The notes under the pieces were generated by a model. That model was not told where the DNA came from and ran no database searches. It saw only the letters and a list, made by a program, of their open reading frames with translations. 64,000 nucleotides of DNA, taken from the NCBI GenBank assembly GCA_033851935.1, contig JAWSVL010000004.1:672-64671 (forward strand). The letters run 5' to 3'. Shown here piece by piece: positions 62,201-64,000 of this stretch (positions are counted from its first letter, which is position 1; every line of letters begins with the position of its first letter). The DNA comes from Sulfitobacter sp. (lineage in GTDB: Bacteria > Pseudomonadota > Alphaproteobacteria > Rhodobacterales > Rhodobacteraceae). The translations under genes and the position numbers were made by a program.

Positions 62201-64000
62201 CTGGACACCAGCGGATTACACAACGATCGAGGACACGGACCTAAGCCTGAATGGCCTGTCTGTTTCGGATGTGGATGCCGGAACGGCTGCGATTAGTGTT
62301 ACGCTTTCGGTTAGCGAAGGTACGCTGTCGGCTACAGGCGGAACTGGCGTTACTGTTGGCGACAGCGGCACTGCGGCGCTAACGCTGTCTGGAAACCTTA
62401 CGGACATCAACGCATTCCTCAACGCGACTCCACCCACATTTAGCCCTGCAGACAATGCAACTGCTGATGTAACGTTAACCATGACCACCAACGATGGCGG
62501 CAACACAGGATCGGGTGGCGCGATGGACGCCATAGACTTGTTGACCATTTCAATCACGGCACAGGACGATGCGCCTATTGTTGCCGATAGCACAGCCACT
62601 ACTGATGAAGACGGCACCGTTACCATTAACGTGGCGAGCCTGATTACCGAAGTTGATGGCGAGGCGACAACGGTCACCGCATCGGTGCCTACAGCACAAG
62701 GCACAGTCACTGTATCGGGCAATGTGATCACTTTTGTTCCTGCGGATCACTTCAATGGGGCAGCACAGATCACCTACACGGTGACCGACACCACTGGTAC
62801 ATTGTTTGATGATGGTATCATCGATGTGACCGTGAACGCGGTCAACGATGCGACTGAGATGGATGTCACAGCTCAAACTACTTCGGCCCATGTAGAGAGC
62901 GTAGATGACGCGACGCCAACGGCGACAGCAGTGGCGGCAGATGTCGCGCTGACTGATGTGGATGCGCTTGACTATGACACCGCGGTATTCACGGCCTCAG
63001 TAACAAGCGGTGATGTGACGGATTTGTTGGATTTGGGAACATCGGTCGACGTGGACATGGGCGCGGTGAGTGTTGGTGGCACGGCCATTGGCTCAGTCAC
63101 GGGGCAGGGTACAGCGATGCTTTCGGTGACGTTCAACTCTGATGCTCTTGCAGCAGACGTAGAGGCAGTCATCAACGCGCTGTCCTATGTCACACTCAAT
63201 GACACACCCGAAGCCAACCGCGAGATCGCGCTGAGTTTGACCGATGGCGACGGTTTGTCCGCGCTAGGCCAGACCGTCACCGTTGATATTACCGCGATGA
63301 ACGACAGCCCAACACCAACAGATGATACGCTCTCGGTCTCCGAAGGGACATTCTCGGGCGCATATAATGTGATAGCATCTGGAATGCCTGACAGTGATCC
63401 AGAGGGCCAGATCCTGACAGTAACACAAATCGCAGACGTGGATGATAGCAACGGAACAGCGGATGCCGGGGTTGCCGTAGGTGCTGCGTCCGGGGTGATT
63501 ACCACGGATTGGGGCGCGGAGGTTGTCCTGAATTCAAGCGGCCAGCTTACTTACAACCTAACGTCCAACAGCGCGCGGTTCAACGAACTGGGCCAAGGTG
63601 AAACCGCCATCGACTCCTTCACCTACACTGTGACGGATGGCGCGGCGTCAACTACGGCGACGGTCAGCGTGACTATCACAGGGGAAAATGACGGCGTTGT
63701 AGCGGCAGCTGACACGATCAACACCAGCGAAAACGCGGCTGCGGCCTTTGTGGGCAACCTACTGGCCAATGACACCGATACAGATGTGAATGACACGCTA
63801 GAGGTCGTCAGCGTAAGCAGCTCTGTGACAGCAACGGGTCTGAGCACAGCTGATGGGTTCCAGATTACCACTGTAGACGGAATCGTGATCCTTCTGGCGG
63901 CAGACGGGGGGTACACTTTGACGGCTCCCGATAGTCTTGATGCCGGGACGGCGTATACTGCGAACTTCCAGTACACCGTGCGCGACAACGGCTCTGCTCT
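50229..64000 (+). CDS. Giant repetitive adhesin (Big/VCBS/cadherin/tandem Ig repeats), 3' partial, at least 4590 aa; probably a T1SS substrate
   Basis: ATG at 50229 (MPTVSSPVLVDSSNSGSLGDLITNDVTP). The same frame is in register at the window end (...NFQYTVRDNGSA), and no stop-terminated ORF is listed in it. About 22 TITG[TSA]NDxP junctions (51.6-60.0 kb), 6-7 cadherin-type DVDE/DVNE junctions (60.0-61.9 kb), then PVNDAP-type repeats. Confidence 0.93.
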   Translation, partial: MPTVSSPVLVDSSNSGSLGDLITNDVTPSISFQIPSDVADGTTVTLYIMQGDPLAEVEVGSVEVDAAYLPGAEVTLLHSGSDLTAGTYDYFVRVVEDPIGTAVTTDSAVTSVIIDNIQPNVSGIVAPAVLNEAAVMAGTFDVVITFDSEMDTGAGATPAITFSTPISGATLSGTGWNMDGTVFTATYTLADDGQDVSGITMAVTGAKDLAGNDLTPSTGLGSVQVDTAAPASEAGTPSIAEIADQDVANTGIAVVIDSLSGADGTTYVLDGTGGVYDHVDIVSDGGTDFNLIIKDTVAARGFFDLEDQTGAIDIAVIATDNGGNTTASTISVTLTNVNDAVQLDSAPEVLDVTLAERADGTGENLTPFSTSGSFAVTDDEIADGHSVSISNATSTAPGGAFLGFLTAGFDNPITGDGAGVVGWDFGIAAPLPEATRASQMAIIDALAVGETIEQTYTVTVSDGSGDNLVETLTITITGTNDAPVISGAAITDALIEPADGVMADQQLSTTGTLFVQDTDANDTVTMSVDSAVVVNGTGAGASTLTQVELAAMMQLASGDGTGSPTYSQSVGSLAAPENGTGSAFTWKFEAGTVGASPFDFLGSDETLELTYTLTATDTSGAGDDTDAQTVVITVTGSNDIPTITSLVTASGVIEAGGTANATVGTATVTGGLAAEAGWGDLDNGETATLAIIEGSAGTGTAQAGLTFDSGPGFDEAAITGTYGTLYLTAEGAYRYVLDDMDGDTQALYEGQAASETFNYTIQDTSGVEGNTASNALNISITGSNDAPVIAVAAGTPDNDVTEAGTGVAGDPSASGSFAVTDVDADNPGDNADNAKLWSITSVNGDDLAMPEQANGMAAVVSGTYGSLSLDSSGNWVYTLDDSDADTQALASGVTMTEIFTVQVADGVGGTSALNVTVTVNGTNDGPVVSVETEDSQAESVGESDSANLMISDTITFSDVDANDSVTLSVTAVSATGTTGSYDMDAAALQSMLTITANSTLATGTGNAGQAATWTFDSTTETFDFLAAGESAVLAFTVTANDGDASNTDVITITVTGTNDQPEIALGAGSAAGGVTETTEAVEGDLTTSGTLDIVDVDLSDIHTVAQTRSSTAWEDGAGATAGTPPVGLDAALDAAFGTAINGTDARQIDWSFTLGDTVADFLAVGEELIVVYDVTVDDQSADGPNTDEASTSAVQQVTVTITGTNDVPAITAGASFTLTEGGDLNVMSQIEADGTLAITDLDLNDTHTISVTAPAVTWNGVSAEVPVAVPTALETALALGTTFTATNIGVDDRQIDWNFALDDAEVDFLGAGESLTLVYDVTVSDGNGGTSGVQQVTITINGTNDAPTVSANNASFDEGDSRVVLDGVDTGAAEADDVTINLLGTGSNTASEIWVTTITNEPDLNDVASISGTTSISVTSTLPAALSGAGYTAADVSAAFDLTDNGAPTFNRNATVFDALDAGDSITIDISYEVTTTSPDGTTTTVDNMISTITINGNNDLPFITDGGGLTATVTEIVDGADGENEARDLVTGTISFDDIEPADIPNLSVTVAAVQGTAAEGEPPAADLASYIGNLGAGFSAPSGGADGLVFYTFNLNDTALDYLRAEESFTQSYDVSISDGSGGSTTRPIVLTFVGTNDAPVITAEVGDGDDVDKTVVETDAGLMTDGSFTLTDVDLADTVTLTISDSNMVMNKAGTQVDVSGMLTLATTTLANDATSAQVMWNFNSGSEVFDFLDVSDELVLTYTVTAADDSAVSGQTTQDVIVRITGTNDAPVIENVSATPTVTDTAATDTIADVTGTLVGTDADASATLEYSIDSETIDMGATALAGTYGTLTVNTDGTYTYVADNAAVNALAAGATPTETFTVKVDDGTASDTSVLTIDVIAANDTPIFGDLTADLADTALVSGLADLTGTLGATDVDTGDMLSYVIDGETPSSGETSETYYLDQTDGTVTTTSSGDTIVLGTMTVTTAGGYTFAPNDAGVDALRVGDTAVVVTNLTVTDLSNATAPATHTLTITGAQDAPSFSGGLSGMLSEVNEGPAATATGTAVVADRDRGESVFVAANGLEGTFGTLDITAGGVWTYTLDSTNAVIDALAATETTMDTVTVTSADGTTQAIGLTIQGTNDGPVISVSDGDSIAGAHTETDLGFILSDTLTLSDVDTNNTVSLSVAGPAALSLEGGGTLAVAAMLTVGVTDGLGDAETSNTFTWTFNSDVEPFDFVTNGDDLELVYTITATDSSGAMTTQDVTITITGTNDLPMVAGTLTGSIAEDATMSINGTATVSDPDAGESSFVAILAAAEAGSYGTFTIDAAGAWDYAIDNNLDAVQELAVGQMLTDTITITTADGSTSSVAITITGTNDAPVVDAKSVLTNEDVTSLLIDVSGQVTDVDTATGDTLMYSLDDTGTVGSVVLTDAAAGTYTYSANGQFEDLAVGDTATDTFNYVVTDGQNVQRTETVTITIDGANDDPTVSGALMASELEDGSAVVLDLLSGASDVDAGAVLSITGVTFAIDGGSADAMVPAGVSIDASTLTVDPADNAFQGLAAGEDRVIAINYTVNDELTGSVAQSATVTLTGTNDAPSITVSIEDPASADIDETDLGLSADGTLSLVDHDTSDLVTLSVTPPASFTDPNGGTIDPSTMFTASPGLDGTESSGTINWSFNSDSENFDYLDAGGTLVLTYTITATDDDPTTPLNDTQDVVITITGTNDAPTLAAETTVTVVDTAADDTFADLTGTLDGADVDENALLSYSITGSTADVMTGATELVGAFGTLTVQTDGSYGYVVNAAAVQGLGVGETPTDTFAIQVSDGASVATETLTVNITGANDTPELQDVSGLSLVDTVAADDLANLTGSLTVTDRDTDDVADMTFAIDGTTPDVNGDTTLTYYYNTATSALVSAAGTDVIELGTLTVTSDGTYTFDPKAADSLPGTPGIDGLKPGQNPSLVTTLIASDGIASDTATITIDLTGANDTPVVTGTVPSIVDGTVSVSATEQDQANEGMLVTASGTIAFADADSTSIPSLGFTAAAAGYQGTIAFTAPSGTVADGTVGWAFQIDDTLLNALAEDEALGSSPQQYDITISDGAQQVLQSVSISIVGVNDVPLIAGAIDGRALADAAGVTEDSGATAVTTSGTLSVSDEDLIDTVTMSITGASITSSPEGVTVPLLNLSSMMELASGADAITGFGSSVSLGADGAGSDFTWQFTSGTSGANAFDFLADGETLEIEYTLTANDGATLNNTATQTVTITVTGSNDAPVAAADVVTTVAEDLTDTVSIAAASGSDADQTDVLSYAITVGNGAGLFEIDSNSGVVSLADGVALDHETAQSHVLTVEITDGNLGSTTQQITVNVSDVDDNITTAPVDTNLAAEAVDENATVGIEIGITASSSDADLTSGDISYSLVGEPANRFEIDSVTGVVTVAAGANLDRENDGASYTVTVLATPNNGAASSTQDFIVTLNDLDDNVTTTPVDVDMATNAVDENAAQGTTVGVTVSSTDADATSGVITYSLSDTAGGRFQIDGSSGEVSVAAGADLNRETDASFDITVLATPANGAASTAETFTIMINDVDEFDVSTPADDDIAADEVSEAETGNVLVGIDASASDDDFSNHAVSFTLTDDAEGRFTINGTTGEVRLVAGASLDFETDETHDITIEATSMDGSTATQTFTINVLDVDDTAPVITSNAAFDVAENSTAVATLTSTDVDSATDATFTILPGADGAAFEIAGNSLQFTAAPDFETTTAGAGGAIYSVMVRATDAAGNNTDQSIAVTVTDVNEAPTAVTLNDQVTTVAENTTIGTGIKVATIAITDDSLGENSVTLGGVDAPDFTLVDNDGTLELHFVGTSPNFEVASDDSADGTYNVTVLVDDSTVGSTPDVMASFALSVTDVNEAPVVDTELSDTSGSADEDNTISGTIIATDVDDSDTQSFTVSTVPANGSVVLTGGAYVYTPSDDFSGDDSFVVTVTDSGGLSDTVTVDVTVLPVNDAPENWTPADYTTIEDTDLSLNGLSVSDVDAGTAAISVTLSVSEGTLSATGGTGVTVGDSGTAALTLSGNLTDINAFLNATPPTFSPADNATADVTLTMTTNDGGNTGSGGAMDAIDLLTISITAQDDAPIVADSTATTDEDGTVTINVASLITEVDGEATTVTASVPTAQGTVTVSGNVITFVPADHFNGAAQITYTVTDTTGTLFDDGIIDVTVNAVNDATEMDVTAQTTSAHVESVDDATPTATAVAADVALTDVDALDYDTAVFTASVTSGDVTDLLDLGTSVDVDMGAVSVGGTAIGSVTGQGTAMLSVTFNSDALAADVEAVINALSYVTLNDTPEANREIALSLTDGDGLSALGQTVTVDITAMNDSPTPTDDTLSVSEGTFSGAYNVIASGMPDSDPEGQILTVTQIADVDDSNGTADAGVAVGAASGVITTDWGAEVVLNSSGQLTYNLTSNSARFNELGQGETAIDSFTYTVTDGAASTTATVSVTITGENDGVVAAADTINTSENAAAAFVGNLLANDTDTDVNDTLEVVSVSSSVTATGLSTADGFQITTVDGIVILLAADGGYTLTAPDSLDAGTAYTANFQYTVRDNGSA

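Noticed and set aside
50665-63988. Dozens of short, mostly minus-strand ORFs in the track
   Set aside because: Shadows of the single giant plus-strand adhesin frame
46800-64000. Periodic sequence as a possible CRISPR array
   Set aside because: The repeats are in-frame protein repeats (180 bp or over 300 bp, degenerate), with no identical 25-45 bp direct repeats with spacers and no cas genes

Overview
A 64-kb segment, most likely from a marine alphaproteobacterium of the Rhodobacteraceae/Roseobacter type (inferred from gene content and protein style, not from a search). From left to right it holds: the 3' part of a WcaJ/ExoY-type sugar phosphotransferase; a small RTX Ca-binding protein; a decayed HTH-S24 (CI/LexA-like) repressor; a GST; a signal-less PhnD-like protein; and an acyl-CoA ligase. 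Next is a complete selenium cluster (mnmH, an oxidoreductase-selD fusion, selC tRNA-Sec, selB, selA). Embedded in it is a two-gene module that the ORF track breaks up: a thioredoxin-fused protein of unknown function, and a 173-aa selenoprotein with an in-frame TGA (A-D-U-G-S-C-T-T-C) followed by a SECIS-like hairpin. That motif and its flanks resemble the active-site region of glycine reductase GrdB. Then come an AlkJ/AlkK-like pair, a MarR module, oxyR-katG, a hemolysin-III protein, an FAD oxidoreductase, a CyaC-like heme/2Fe-2S membrane protein lacking a cyclase domain and coupled to a large MscS channel, marC/yrhK, an AraC-DUF4142-cupredoxin module, and a TAXI-TRAP transporter with a DctBD-like two-component system. 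The right end is an accessory surface locus: a sulfotransferase-TPR-GT2 fusion, an IS5 relic, a novel repeat protein, a LuxR solo, an AT-rich regulatory region, and a giant Ig/VCBS/cadherin adhesin (at least 4590 aa) that runs off the window and is absent from the ORF track. No CRISPR array, rRNA or intact mobile element was seen.
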